From assembly GCA_964304625.1 (NCBI GenBank), contig OZ199838.1, forward strand, positions 2,169,329 to 2,233,328: a stretch of 64,000 nt of DNA. Direction: 5' to 3'. Made by a program: the position numbers and the translations under genes. The notes beneath the pieces were generated by a model. The model worked only from the letters and a program-made list of their open reading frames with translations. It was not told where the DNA came from and did no database searches. Below, piece by piece: positions 40,666 to 53,527 of the stretch; the stretch's first letter is position 1; each line of letters begins with the position of its first letter. This stretch comes from Kudoa neothunni (taxonomy: Eukaryota; Animalia; Cnidaria).

Positions 40666-40677
40666 AGAGCATGCGCA
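40666..40677 (-). promoter_or_regulatory. NRF1-like motif TGCGCATGCTCT, 9 nt upstream of the CSTF2 ATG
   Basis: 10/12 match to TGCGCATGCGCA, with the same spacing to the ATG as at FDX2. Confidence 0.5.
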
Positions 40678-41080
40678 AAATGTACAGTCGATAAATTATG
40701 GGACTTTATCATTGTTAATATATTTAATATTAACGAATATAATCACGATTTTAATTAATAAATCTTCTTATTAGCTGTACGGGTTTAGCGAGAGGGAGAT
40801 AAATTGAAATTTTTAATCACAACAATTACTACCAAGCAATTCAAATAAAACCGACTGTTTGGAAATATTATTAATCAAATGAAGGTTCCTTGAACCACTT
40901 CAGTCAACAAGAAATTTATACACTAAAAATAGTAAAATTTAACAATACAATCGAGATTGGATATTGCGTAATTCCACAATGTCGACGTTATTCTTTTTAA
41001 AAAGAAACTTAGTTTTTTGTAATAGTTATTATTTTATCATTTTGTAAACATTGTTAACATTAGAAAATTTTTTATTTGTA

Positions 41081-42810
41081 TACAGTCTCGTTATTGCGTG
41101 ATTTTAGTGGCCTATCTGTTTATAAAACAGAGGGTTTTCTTTATTACGTCCCGTTTAAAAGGTAATAGTTAAGAGAGAAGAGAATCATTGATTATTATAA
41201 GTCGATAAAAATGCTGAAAGTTGTCGAAAGAATGACAATTCCTATGTTTAAATTGAGTGATGAGGTGACCTATGTTGAATATTAATATTTGTCACGTTAA
41301 AGATAATTTAAAAATTGATAGAATTCGTTCAAACGTAGAGAAATTCATCAATACGGATATTTAAACTACAAGGAGGATATATTATTGGGGAAAATTAAAA
41401 ATATAGATGGTGAGCTGTATGATTGGATCGTTAAAAATGGTCGAATGGTAATGTTGTGCTGAGATGTGTTATTATCGAAGTTGCTTTATATATTGCAAAT
41501 AAACAAGGAATTTCCAATTTAAAGTCTAGTTAAGAGTGGTTTTCGGATTTCACTTCGAAATATGCGATAGCTTTCAAAATGTTACATGATAAGGCTGCGA
41601 ATACAGGTATTTCATCTGTTGACTCATGGATCGTTGAAACCACTAATTCGGTTAAGGCATATAGTCCTAAAGACGTTATAAACATTGATGTAACCGTCAT
41701 TATTTTATGAGTAGTTACAAAACATTAGTTATGTTTTAAAGGATAAAGTCGGAATATAAGGAATAAATATCCAAAAATAGAGTTAATGATTTAACGTCAC
41801 ACTTCTTTAAGTAGGAATAAACTCGCATCAGTTTTAATTGGTAAATTTCAAAATCCTGGGTGTTTTAACAGATTTAAACATCTTCCGTGTAAATATTATT
41901 CAAGAAAAACACATGGATGATATGTGGTATATTTATGAAGATAATGAGACAGTTGAACAAAAGAATGATAGATGAGAGAAGAAAGGTTTTAATTTTGTCG
42001 GATCAATATCCTGTTCACCCCAAAAATATTGATTTTTATTAAATATCTAAATTTTTTATCTCTCTAAAATACAAATAAAATGTTACAATATATTAATTTA
42101 TGCATCGTTAAATGCATTAAATAGGTACAAGAGTACAATGACCATGCACAAGGTTTTATGGGAAGATTCTATGATCGAGAAATACACATTACTAAACTCA
42201 ATCTTGTCATTGACTAAATTCTTGGGACTATTACGCTAGAAATCATTATTAATTGTCTAGATAATTCAAAATATTTGGTGGTAGTAAATAAAATTATTAG
42301 CAGTTTATAGGACATGAAGATTTAAGAAAGATATCTCAAAATAAAATTTTATGTATCTCGAATTAATTTAATCTAAATGAAATCGATGATTGCAAATAGA
42401 TTTCTGACGAGTATAATGCGGCAATATGTGAGGATCCAAATCATGCAAACTTATTGCTCACAAATTGTTTAGTTTAGCAGATGCTATAGAACGAATTACT
42501 AAAGAAGTCAAAATTTTAATCAAACATATAAACAATATAGCTAACATTTTAATGAAAGTTTTAATTCAAGAAGATCTATCTGGATTGATTTATTTATAAA
42601 TTTTTTTAACTGCAATTAATTGCAATCACGTGCTTTTTATGTATCTTTCTCAAAATCCTATTTTGTCATTCAAACGGTCTTAGTTATAATGAAATTGACG
42701 TTTTTAACCTAGTTTGTTTTATTTTTTAAATTTAAACTAGCTTTATTACATTATTCATAATAACGAAACATTTTAAAAAGGTGGATGTGACATTTTATAA
42801 TCAAACTTTA
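41081..42810 (+). mobile_element. Decayed Tigger/pogo transposon (boundaries approximate)
   Basis: Remnants IDGELYDWI, SS*EWFSDF..KY, YSPKDVINIDVT and LIGKFQNPGCFNRFKHLPCKYYS (CENP-B HTH and DDE_1). Left end TA-cagt. Confidence 0.75.
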
Positions 42811-44499
42811 TTAAAATATAGGTTGAATAAATGTGTGTAAAATAAAATATCATTAGATTGTATTTTTATAATACTTTTTTATTTTGGAAAAATTAGCTTG
42901 ATACAAAAATTTATTCTTATGGGATTAATTGTTCAATTATTTTTTTGCAATTGCCACACCTACTTTTGTCGTAAGATGGGCTATAATACCATTATAAGAA
43001 ATTTGATGAGCAAATCATTATGATAATTTTATTGTAACTTTTATTATAATAAGAATAAATTAGTTAAAAAAATATATAAACTAAACAAAATATTTCTCTA
43101 TTTTTCACATATTTTTTTGAGACCATAGTCAATAATGAAAAGCAATAGAGTGGGTTAAATTTTAAAAAGACGTATGAAACCTATTTAAATGAGTCAGTGG
43201 TAAAATTTCAAAAGGAAAGAATTTTAACAAATCTTTGAAGGCATATAAATAATCTAATAAATTATATATGAGAAATTGAGTGAGTTTTAGTGGTTATTGG
43301 AACTTAAACGGCGATTTCAAGTGCGCTGTCGGTGTAGTATTCGGGCTTTGGTAGTAAAATTACAAATTATCATAACAGTTTCAATCCTTGCGATCGGTAT
43401 CCTTTTATTTTTCTCTGAATAGTAATGAAGAAATCGGTGAGAAAACGATGCGCAAAATGGTTTTTTTCGGTGACACATCTCACGATATTATCCCGATATT
43501 TAAAACTTTTATCCTACGAGATATTAACTTGATTAATAAGTAGATTTAATAAAAAAATTATACTCGATTTTTTTGATTAAACACTTACATATTCTTCTTG
43601 TATGATTAGGGATGTAATAGCATAATTTGGGAGGCCTAAGAAACATTGAAAATACTTTAATGGATTAACAAGGTTATAAATATATTGTTTACTCCACATA
43701 CATTATTAAATGATTACCTTACTTTTATTTGTTCCTGGAATACATTACCAAATTTTTCTAATTTCTTTAAAAAACACTTTATTTATAAGATAATATCATA
43801 AAGGTTTATTTAAAATTTTAAATATTTATAAATTTTCTTTACTTCCAGTGTTTTAAAGCTTAATTTTATACAGTAAAAGCTAGAGAAATGAGTCATTATA
43901 GCCCAATTAGGATCAACATAGATTAATATATGCACAAAAATGGCTCGGTAAGTATTGTTTGCTAACAATACTTAACCTTTCGAATGAGACACCCCATACC
44001 AGAGATTTACAAATTATTAACGTCCAGATCATGACCGCTTATTTATTTATTTATTATTGTTCTTATATTGTGTTTTATTGGAAATGCTGTGTAACTCAAA
44101 TATTCCAACACTGTTTGCCAACCAACGTCAGTGACGAATAGAAGAATGACGATGTTAAAAGTTAAATTTACCAAAAATTTTTATACTTGATGGATTAATT
44201 CTCTTTATAAAAATACTACGATTAAATCCAATTTGATAGCATTATGCTACTCCCCAATGTTAATGATACATGATGAGGTTTCATTTAGCACAAATTGATC
44301 TATGTATGCTTAAAAATGTTAATATCAAATAATTTTAAAGAAATAAAACCACAATAAATCTATATAGTGACGACATAACGTAAAATAAGATAAGATCTTG
44401 GACATAAAAACAATATATAATATAAAAGTAGGATCGAGAAATTAAATTTACTAACAATATTTTGAATCCTACTCCTCGTGTTGTTGTTGCAAAATTAGT

Positions 44500-45920
44500 C
44501 GTGATACAAAAGAAATTGTGGAAATGTTACTTACTGAAACAGATTCAGAAAAATCAAGGTAGACGTGTAAATGCGGCAAAGAGTTAACACAAAAAAAGAA
44601 TACTGGTTGGACGGATTTTTTTAACTACATAAAGCCACAACACTTAGAATATAAAAAAATCATAAGAGCACAATTAACCCTGGAAAATTTTGCTAATACT
44701 TTTAAAACAACGAATAAGGGGAAAACTATCTATGATTGGCTAAACTGGATCTATTGTGGACTAAAACCATTTGGCTATATTGTAGATGATCTTACTAGGA
44801 TGTATACCAGTCTTTCTCCAGTTTCAGTAAGCACATTCAAAGAGTATGTGGACTTAACAACAAGGGAGGTGAAAACAAATATTTCTGACCTTTTACCTTT
44901 AAAGTTTTGTGTCATTCTTGGTGGTTGATCCAAAAAATCGACCAATTTTGTAGCTGTTTTTGCTGCGTAAAAAGTAAGTAATTCACTAAATTATGAGGCC
45001 GTCCTTTTATCATGTTAGCCAATGTTGAAAGAAACGGAATTCACGGGTGACAATCTTTATGAATTAATTGAAAATATCAGAGAAATATCTTGATAATGTT
45101 GTGGAGATTTGGTTGGTTGTGCCTCCCAACGTTTTAATTTAGCTGTTATGGAATTACTAAAGTCTAACGAATTGTTGATCGAGAAAACAAATTCATTGAT
45201 AAAAAAAATGAAAAGTTTTAAAATTTCTGGGCTTTTAAGACAGTTTACGCCATTAAGGCCAATTCAAAAGAATGATACAAGGCGGTCAAGTATAGCGAAT
45301 ATGGTAGATCGTTATGATCGATTAAAGTTAAAAATGCCTACTGGACTTTTTTTCCAACTCCAAGAGAATATGCTGAAATAGAATCTCTAAATGTGATATT
45401 GAAAAACCTAAACTCGGTTACTTTGGCGTTGAAAAATCCATTAATCAGTATTGCTGATTGTCGATATTTGTTGGATGAATTAATTAAAGAATATCCCCAA
45501 ATGGCTAAATATATAGGAGCTGATTCCAATATTGTACACTCTCCGATATTCGATATTCGAAGCGGCTCTATGTAAAATTCAACAAAATAAGAAACATGGG
45601 ATGAACAACAGGAGATTCGAATCCTGAAGTTTAATTCGATGGAGATGGTTAATGATATAGAAATTACTAAATCTGATGATTTTTCTTACAATATATTGCG
45701 AAAGCGGAACAGAGCGATGTCTCTGAATAGAAAATTGTATGAAACCATAAATTTTATCCTTCCAACATCTAATTTTGTGGATAGATTTTTCTCAACCTCG
45801 GGATACAACACTTATGACGACATAAGACAAACGTTACCCCCAATTAATCTCGAGATACAGTTGTTTTTAAAATTCAACAAGCATTTGAGGAATGAAAAAA
45901 TGATTTCAAAAATAGTTTAA
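44500..45920 (+). mobile_element. Decayed hAT-superfamily transposase (BED-finger type)
   Basis: CKCGK...NTGWTDFFNYI..QH (BED-like), VGCASQRFNLAV, T.LRP..KNDTRRSS..MV.RY, and FILPTSNFVDRFFS...R..L.P.NLE.QLFLKFN. Interrupted by stops and frameshifts. Confidence 0.8.
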
Positions 45921-46381
45921 TTAAATTGGTGAAGCGAAGTAATATCTAATGTTACAAAACAATACTTTAAACATTATATTTTTTGTGTATCTATTAGTCG
46001 TGAATTAAATACTGTACAAAATAATTACTAAATTATTAATCTATATACATATATATATAATGTGAGCCAACTGTTGGTAGGTGTGATCTTAAGAGCACAT
46101 GTGTAAGAAAAATTTTTCTTCTTATGGCGTATGTTAGAGGTATTTAAGATTTAATGTAAATTAGATTTTATCAGCTTTTGTTTAAGTATCAAATATATTA
46201 CTTGAGCCATATTAAGAACGATATAGATCATAGTTGGCTGAAATAATTAGGCAGTTATTTAATTTCTAATCATTATCATCAATATTGTCCAATGAATAGC
46301 TGTTGGGCTTTTGTATTCATATATAATTGACTATAATAAGTAAGTTCGCTACATTGTGTCATAATGGCATTTCGTTTAGAC

Positions 46382-49055
46382 CTGTGTTTTCTAACGTGGG
46401 GCGCAGTAAATTGTGAAAACATGATGGACACCACTAGGGGGATGCAAGTATCAATAGGGAACAAATGTTTGTAGAATGTTTATAATTCGGCTTTCTGTAT
46501 ATTTCTTTTAAAATTTGAATAGAGACTTATTCGAATGATCGTTAACACTGAATTATTCAATTTATAATTCTAAAATATTATTTCTGTTCTCAATTGGAAT
46601 ATTAAGACTAAAAGTGTCGCCAAATATTTAAACTGAAAGAATTTCACATTACGACTGCTTATAGTCTCATTTTTATTAAAGATAAATAGAATTTGATAAT
46701 TTAGAACTCCAAAACTTCGAGTCAATTGAATCTGCACCAACTCAGATTCAATCATGTGTACCGATTTAACATTCGTACATCATCGAATTGTGAACACTTG
46801 TTTGCTCTTTATTTAAGAAGTTCAAATCTGTTTATTACAATTAATGTCGATAGAAATAGAAAAACCAACTCGAAAATTCTTCAGAATTTTCGAGTTTGGT
46901 TTTATACCATATAGCCTTGATGAAAGCAGACCTTTTTGTCGGATATGCGGTCAGGTCTTTGGCAATGATTCCATGAAGGTTGTCACACTAGAAACGCATT
47001 TAAAAGCAAAACATCTCAATAATGTTTGCTCAGAGTTGAAACATTTTATGTCACTTTAAGATCAGTTTGAAAATCGACCAAAAGTTTCATCCATGTTTGA
47101 TTCCCAATTCGGACTAAATATGCGTACTTTGGAAACAAGTTACGAAATCTCTTTGCTTATTGCAAAAAACAGAGAGAATCATACAATTGATGAAAACTTG
47201 ATTAAACCGGCTATTCCAATTTTCCTAAAAACCGTCCAACAAAAAACTGATAGTGAAGTTAAGGCCAAGTCTCTTAGTAATAATACAGTTTCTGATCGAA
47301 TTAAAGAGATGACTAAAGACCTCGAAGTTCAACTTATTGAAAAATTATAAACAGGGAAATTTTCATAACAGTTGGATGAATCCACAATTCGAGACAGCGA
47401 AGCTCTTTTACTGGCTTATGTAAAATATATTGACAAAGAACAATTTTGTGAAGAGATATTATTTTGTAAATCATTGAATACGATGACAACAGCCCAAAAT
47501 ATATTTACACTGTGATGAAAAATTATTTTGTGTCAAATAAAACACCGATTGTCCATTTGTTGTCATGTGCTGCTGACGGTGCTCCAGCTACGATGGGAAC
47601 AAAAAATGGATGTTTGAAGCTTCTTGAAGATGAAAATCCGAATTTAATATTAGTCCTTTGCGTAATACATCGAGAAAATCTAGTGACAAAAAAATTATCT
47701 CCTCCTCTTAATGAAATATTAGAGAATGTGATCAAATTTGTTAACTCTATTAAAACAACCCCCAAAGTTGAAAGATTGATCAAGGAATTTTGCAAAGATC
47801 AAAATTTCGATCACATTCGTTTATTGTTCTATACTGAAGTTAGGTGGTTGTCCAATGGAAATCGCCTTAGGAGGTTCATGAAGTTATTTAGCAGACATAT
47901 TTGAGGAGCATCGCATTTTAAATTCCAAACTTCGAGTAGCAAATGTAACTCTTGTTAAGGCAAAAGCGAAAATTTTTGGATTTATTCCTTTTCTCAAACT
48001 TTGCTACAAAAATGCATCTCAGCGTGTTTTTGGTTATTTTTGTTGTTTAAGTAAATATGAAGTATATTGCTATGCCTTAAAAATAATTACAGCCCATTTA
48101 AATGTGTTGATAATGGATTTAACAACAAATTTTACGATTTAAAAGTGATGATTTTTCCTAACTGGCTAACTCAACCGCTATTACCTGATGTTTCCGAGGC
48201 GGAGTTTCAATATCAACAAGAATTGGTTGAAATACAGCATGTCGAATGTGCGGGTGGGTTATATAAATTCAAAGGAGTAGATATGTGGTTTTCGGCCGAT
48301 GTTGAAAAGAAATACCCAATTACTTCCGCCGCAGCTAAAGAAATGTTAATCCCTTTTCCTTCATCATATGTTGTGGAATGTGGATTCAGTGCAGTCGTAA
48401 ATTTGTTAAGTGAAAAAAGAAACCGCTTTGATATTACAAAAAGGGGAGATTTACGTCTTGTTTTATCAGAACTTTCTCCGCAAATAGAGGACTTGTGCCG
48501 TTTACATCAAAGACAAGGATCTCATTAAACAAGTATATACAAATTTTGATTTAGAGATTATTTACTAAATTCTCTAGTTTTATGTTTTCTGTTCTTAGGT
48601 ATAGTTTTATTAGTCAATTCGTAATGACTCAACGTTTAATTAGTGTTGTTTAATGGAGGTTGTGATACTTCTCTTTTATACTCATTTTGAAACTTATTAT
48701 AAAGAATACATTTTGTATAAGTTTATTTAAAATTACGTTCAATATTTAGAAAAATCTAATAATATATAAAATTTTCTAACAGTAAAATGTAAAAATAACG
48801 AAATCCTTTTTAAATCTTGGAAGAAAATAATTATTATATCGGAGTCTTTCAAAAATATTATAGCATTCAAATCAAAAGGATTCGTTTTTTTCGATATTAT
48901 AAGTGTACTCGTTTCAAATATCCATATTCACGCCTTATAAAAACCACATTTAAGAGCTACATTTTCATTAATATTACTTGGATTTTAGTGTGATGGGCGC
49001 GGGGATTTTTTTATCGGAAAATGGGGCGAGGCCAAAAGAAGGTAGGGAAACACTG
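46382..49055 (+). mobile_element. Full-length but inactivated hAT/Buster (Charlie/ZBED5-like) transposon
   Basis: Perfect 8-bp TSD GTTTAGAC (46374-81 and 49056-63). TIRs ctgtgttttctaac / gtagggaaacactg. Transposase fragments RPFCRICGQVFGNDSMK, LSNNTVSDRI, QLDEST, ADGAPATMG, CVIHRENL, TEVRWLS, FPSSYVVECGFS...DLRL...HQRQGSH. Confidence 0.92.
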
Positions 49056-50006
49056 GTTTAGACGTTTAAATAAAGATTTAAACAACGCCAAGAAATAAAG
49101 AATACCTTTTTGTTAATTGCCAATGACATAAAACTAATTATTGATCATGAACTCTCTTTTTAAGTTTAATCGACCAGTATTATAAAAATATTAAAATCTT
49201 TGAAAAAAATTATCTATGTAGAGATTTATAGTTATAAAGGTCGATATTTAGAAAGATTTAAAAAATTATCAGTGACAAAATGGGAGAGAGTAACAATGCT
49301 TTTCCTTATTAGAAATGATTAGATTATAAGCTTCCGCCGAGATTTATTTCCACTACACACATATTACTAGGAAACGTCAGATTTTCACGTTATTAATTTA
49401 TAAAGTTGATGTTAGGTTGTTTATCGTAAGTAGAAACAAGTATCAAATACCGAGGTTTGAAGAATATGCAAGTTTCATTAGGATATTTTGATAAATTAAT
49501 CATTTTCTCTTAATTTAATTAGTTCAGTTCTTTATATATTTAAAAATTCAATTTTAAATTTTTTCAATCTGAAATCCTGTTAAGGTGATTCTATTATTCA
49601 TTCCTATAAAGTTACCCATAAAAATAATTCTTTAAAAGAAACTTTTTAAGATAAAATTTAAATAAAAAGTGTTTATAAATTCTTAACTCATTATTAGTTG
49701 ACCTAATTTGTAATTTTGTATTAAATAGTACGAATAAAAGTTAATTTGCATTTAAAACCCATTATTTTAAAAATTGTATTAAACTTTAACCTCTTCCCAA
49801 AATTCTTGAGTTACATAAAATTTTGGATCCATAATTTTAGGAATAACTTTAAAATAATTAAAAATTCAATTAACTGCACGTGTAAATCAAAATGAATATA
49901 AAATTCTACTATGGATAATTATGTGCACTAATAAATACATTGCAATTAATTGCGATAATTGATTGCAAACGTAAAAATCAATTTTTGATGATCCCTGGGT
50001 ATAAGC

Positions 50007-50666
50007 CAGTGGTTCCAACCTTTTTGAGACCGTCCAACCCCAAAGATTAAAAATTTGTCGCGTATCCCCACATATAAAATTAAATCTTAGTAAATAAAAT
50101 ACAAGTTTTAAAATTTGCATGCGCGCTCATCAAAAAAATAACAGAGATATTTTCAAAGTTTACTTTGTATTTAAAACAAATAAAAGCTGATGTGATATTT
50201 GTAGTTGATGACTTTGTATTACGGTTACAATATTTGGATATCGTTCAAAAATGAAAGCATACATGGATCATTCATTTTCTGTTGTTTCAATTGCGACAGG
50301 ATATTACGATCCCTGATATCGCAAAAGGAGATTGTTTTGCTATGCATAAAATTTTTAAAGGGAAAAAGACGAACCGATAGTAAAATTTGATGAAATTCGG
50401 ATAATTGCATTCAAAACCGAACTCAGATTCCTGGAGCACCGATACCAACCTTCATGGGGTTTTAGCAAATCAATGGGTTTTAAATCTCTATGATTAGAAT
50501 CGTTCTAACTTTAGGTACTTGTTACGAGAATAATAATTAATTGAAATGGACAAAATTGTTCATATTCGAAATCACCAAACATATCGGCGACATTTATTTA
50601 AATTTAGATGCCAATACAAAATTTTCATATGTATATCTGCCGCGGATCCCCAGTTGAAAACCACTG
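50007..50666. mobile_element. hAT (Buster-type) MITE
   Basis: TIRs cagtggttccaacc / agttgaaaaccactg. Flanks gtataagc / gtatatgg (6/8, central TA). Confidence 0.75.
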
Positions 50667-51876
50667 GTATATGGAGTAAGGAATAAAATAACGCATACGC
50701 TCAAATTAACACACCTAATTTATAATTATGGATCGATTAAATTGTCCAATTAACGGTTAATAATAGCATAAAAGAGGAGAATGTCAACTTCAACTGACTA
50801 TAACTTGGTAATACTCAGGTTCAAATCTATCGTTTAAGTCATGTAATCCATTAAACGAATTTAAAATCGATGAAATCACCATTTTTCATGTTCTGTCAGA
50901 TCTTATGGTGATGCAAAAACAATTTAAAAGTTTTTCGCAATATCATAAACTATGAAATATTTCATAAATGTCTCTGTATACAAAAAAAAATTCGTTGCAT
51001 TTGCGTACTTGTTGACGCATTAGCGGAATATTTAATTTCATATATATATATATATATATATTATAGATAACAGATTTCAATAAATAATTATATGATTACA
51101 AATAATGAAGTTTAATAAATTCAAGGGGAATATAATATTTGATACCCCTATCATACAAAAGCTTTGTTCACTGATTATCTAACATTTTTGTGATTTATTG
51201 CAATGAAATTTCAAACTATTTAATATATTAGCGATGAAATGTACGTGAGCTGACTCTTGTCATAGAAGTGAATATATGTAATCGTATTATCATACGGTTT
51301 AGTCGACTTTAATAAATCTAACAGAACATAATCATATTTATAAACGATTATTTGGAATTTTTTAGTTGAACAAAATAAAATAATTTTTTAAATATAAAAA
51401 ATTAAATAAAAGCTTAAAAAAACTTCAAAAAGAATGTAATTATCGTAAAAAAGTTCGAACAGTGGGCACACTAAGACACTACAATTTTGGTTCTCGCATG
51501 GCAAAATAGCCTGCTTTAAACATAAAAAATTCTTGTTGTATTATGAATGTCAACTCTGGGATATAATGCTTAGATAATGGCAAGTGGCTTAAACATCATT
51601 ACCCTCAACGTGATAATTTGTCCAAAGCTACGAATTATCAATGTGTTAAATTGTAGATGTACGTAACATCCCAATGATTGTACGAAATGCAGTGTAATAG
51701 ATTGTTGCTAAGTGTTCTATAATTTTTTAATTCATTATCATCATGCAATAACGACTGAAAATAAACAAAGGAGCTGTTTATTTTTAGAGCCGCTAAATAA
51801 ATAGGCTTACCTTTATTTATCGTATTTTTGGCCTAGAATTAATACGTACTTATCCTTTAGATTTTGAACGTAAGTT

Positions 51877-53095
51877 ATGAGTGAGAGAAAAAAAGTAAAA
51901 TTTTATTACCTATTATATAAGAAATTCTCTAATGCTGAGAAAAGAAAACAATTTGTATTGGAATATTCGGATTGATTCTTCTGTTTCTTGGGCAAGCCCT
52001 TTTTTGTCTATCGATGACCAGTCAAAACATCCTTTCCAAAACCCAGGGTAATTTAGTAAGATCACATGGAACTATGGGGGGTTGTCCAAGGTTTACAGAC
52101 AGTTCAACTGGCCGTTGTCTCTCTAAGGAGCAACTTTTTTTTTACGCAGAAAGTGATACCGGTAATATTCATTGAAAATTTTTAAAATATCTCTTATTAA
52201 AATAAAAACTCATAACCATATACTTGAATTATGATATTTACTACCTAAAACATGGAAAAGTTAAACACAACTTTTGAAAGTTGTGTTTTGATTGCAGCAA
52301 TGAAAGATCAGATTTCATTAAAAAACATTAATTTATGCTCATTGTAAGTTTATGATGCCCTTTATTAAAAACGATTTTCTAATTTTTGTTCTCCAAATAG
52401 TTTGGTGGTTAAATACTTATTGATCATGATTTTACAAATTTAAACTATTATATAAGCCTTATCATTAAATTACAAATAAGTCGAATTACAAATATGTATG
52501 TGATACGATTAAGTTTGATTTTTCTTTAGTGGATTTGCAATACATAAACCAACATCCGAGTATTTTTATGATTATCTACATTTATATTACTTTTATTCTA
52601 GCACTATCAGTTCGTATTTTCAAATTGTTTATTTACAAGTTTATTGAGTTATTTAACTAAATTAGTGTTCTCTACAAATGCATTTACGGTAGTCAATATA
52701 CCTCTAAACATATGTGAGCTCAATTTTATTGAATTAAATTCTTATTATCCGTTAGTCAAATTGAATGTGCGAACGAACCGAATAGTCCATGCTCTGGGAG
52801 TGGTTTCCACATTTCTCTTCATAATTGGTTTCATATTATGGATATTGAAAAATTTTCTCTATAGTAGAATTTCATTTCTACCCTCGTTCTTATTCACTCT
52901 TTCTTGTATGAATAAATTGTTGAGTTGAGCTAACTGTATTTAGGGGTGGCGATGGCGGTAGCTGGCTCCTTTTTAACCTACCGGTTATACGAGAGATATA
53001 ATGGCTTAAAAGATGAAAAGTTTGGAGTTTCCTTTTATATTATGTGGTGTGGAATACTGGTCCAATTAGTTGGAGATTTGATTAGCTTTTTCTAA
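51877..53095 (+). CDS. Claudin/PMP22/EMP-like tetraspan membrane protein, 4 exons
   Basis: Spliced product MSERKKKTICIGIFGLILLFLGQALFCLSMTS (TM1), a loop with two Cys (G..GGC...GRC), TM2 and TM3, then KFGVSFYIMWCGILVQLVGDLISFF* (G.SF...W.G motif of TM4). Introns 51895-51944, ~52162-52755 and 52906-52943. Confidence 0.7.
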
Positions 53096-53527
53096 CACAT
53101 TTTATGCGGATACTACCAAAAATATTACATCCATATACCAACTAATAATTTGTTTCTGATTTTCTTGTTTTGATAAATTTACTTTGAGATAAAATAGTTT
53201 TAAATCATCTCCATTTCACTAATGCATCAGTATAACTTTTTTTAAAGTCGGAAAAAGAGTTTATAAAAAGCATGAATAAGATACAAACGACGTGGCTCAT
53301 AAATTGGCGTGGTGCATATTCCACCCTACTGCTTGACGAGTATAAACTTGTTCTGTTTTTAGATTTCCAAATTTCAAAAGGGGTGGTTTTGTTTTATCAA
53401 TAATAAGGTAAACTTCTTACTATTAATGGTTCCGCATCCGTTATCAAGTTTTGCAATAACATTAATTGATAAAAAATATTGACATCCGTTATACACGAGA
53501 ATCGAAAGTTGAAGACTGAGTAAGGTA

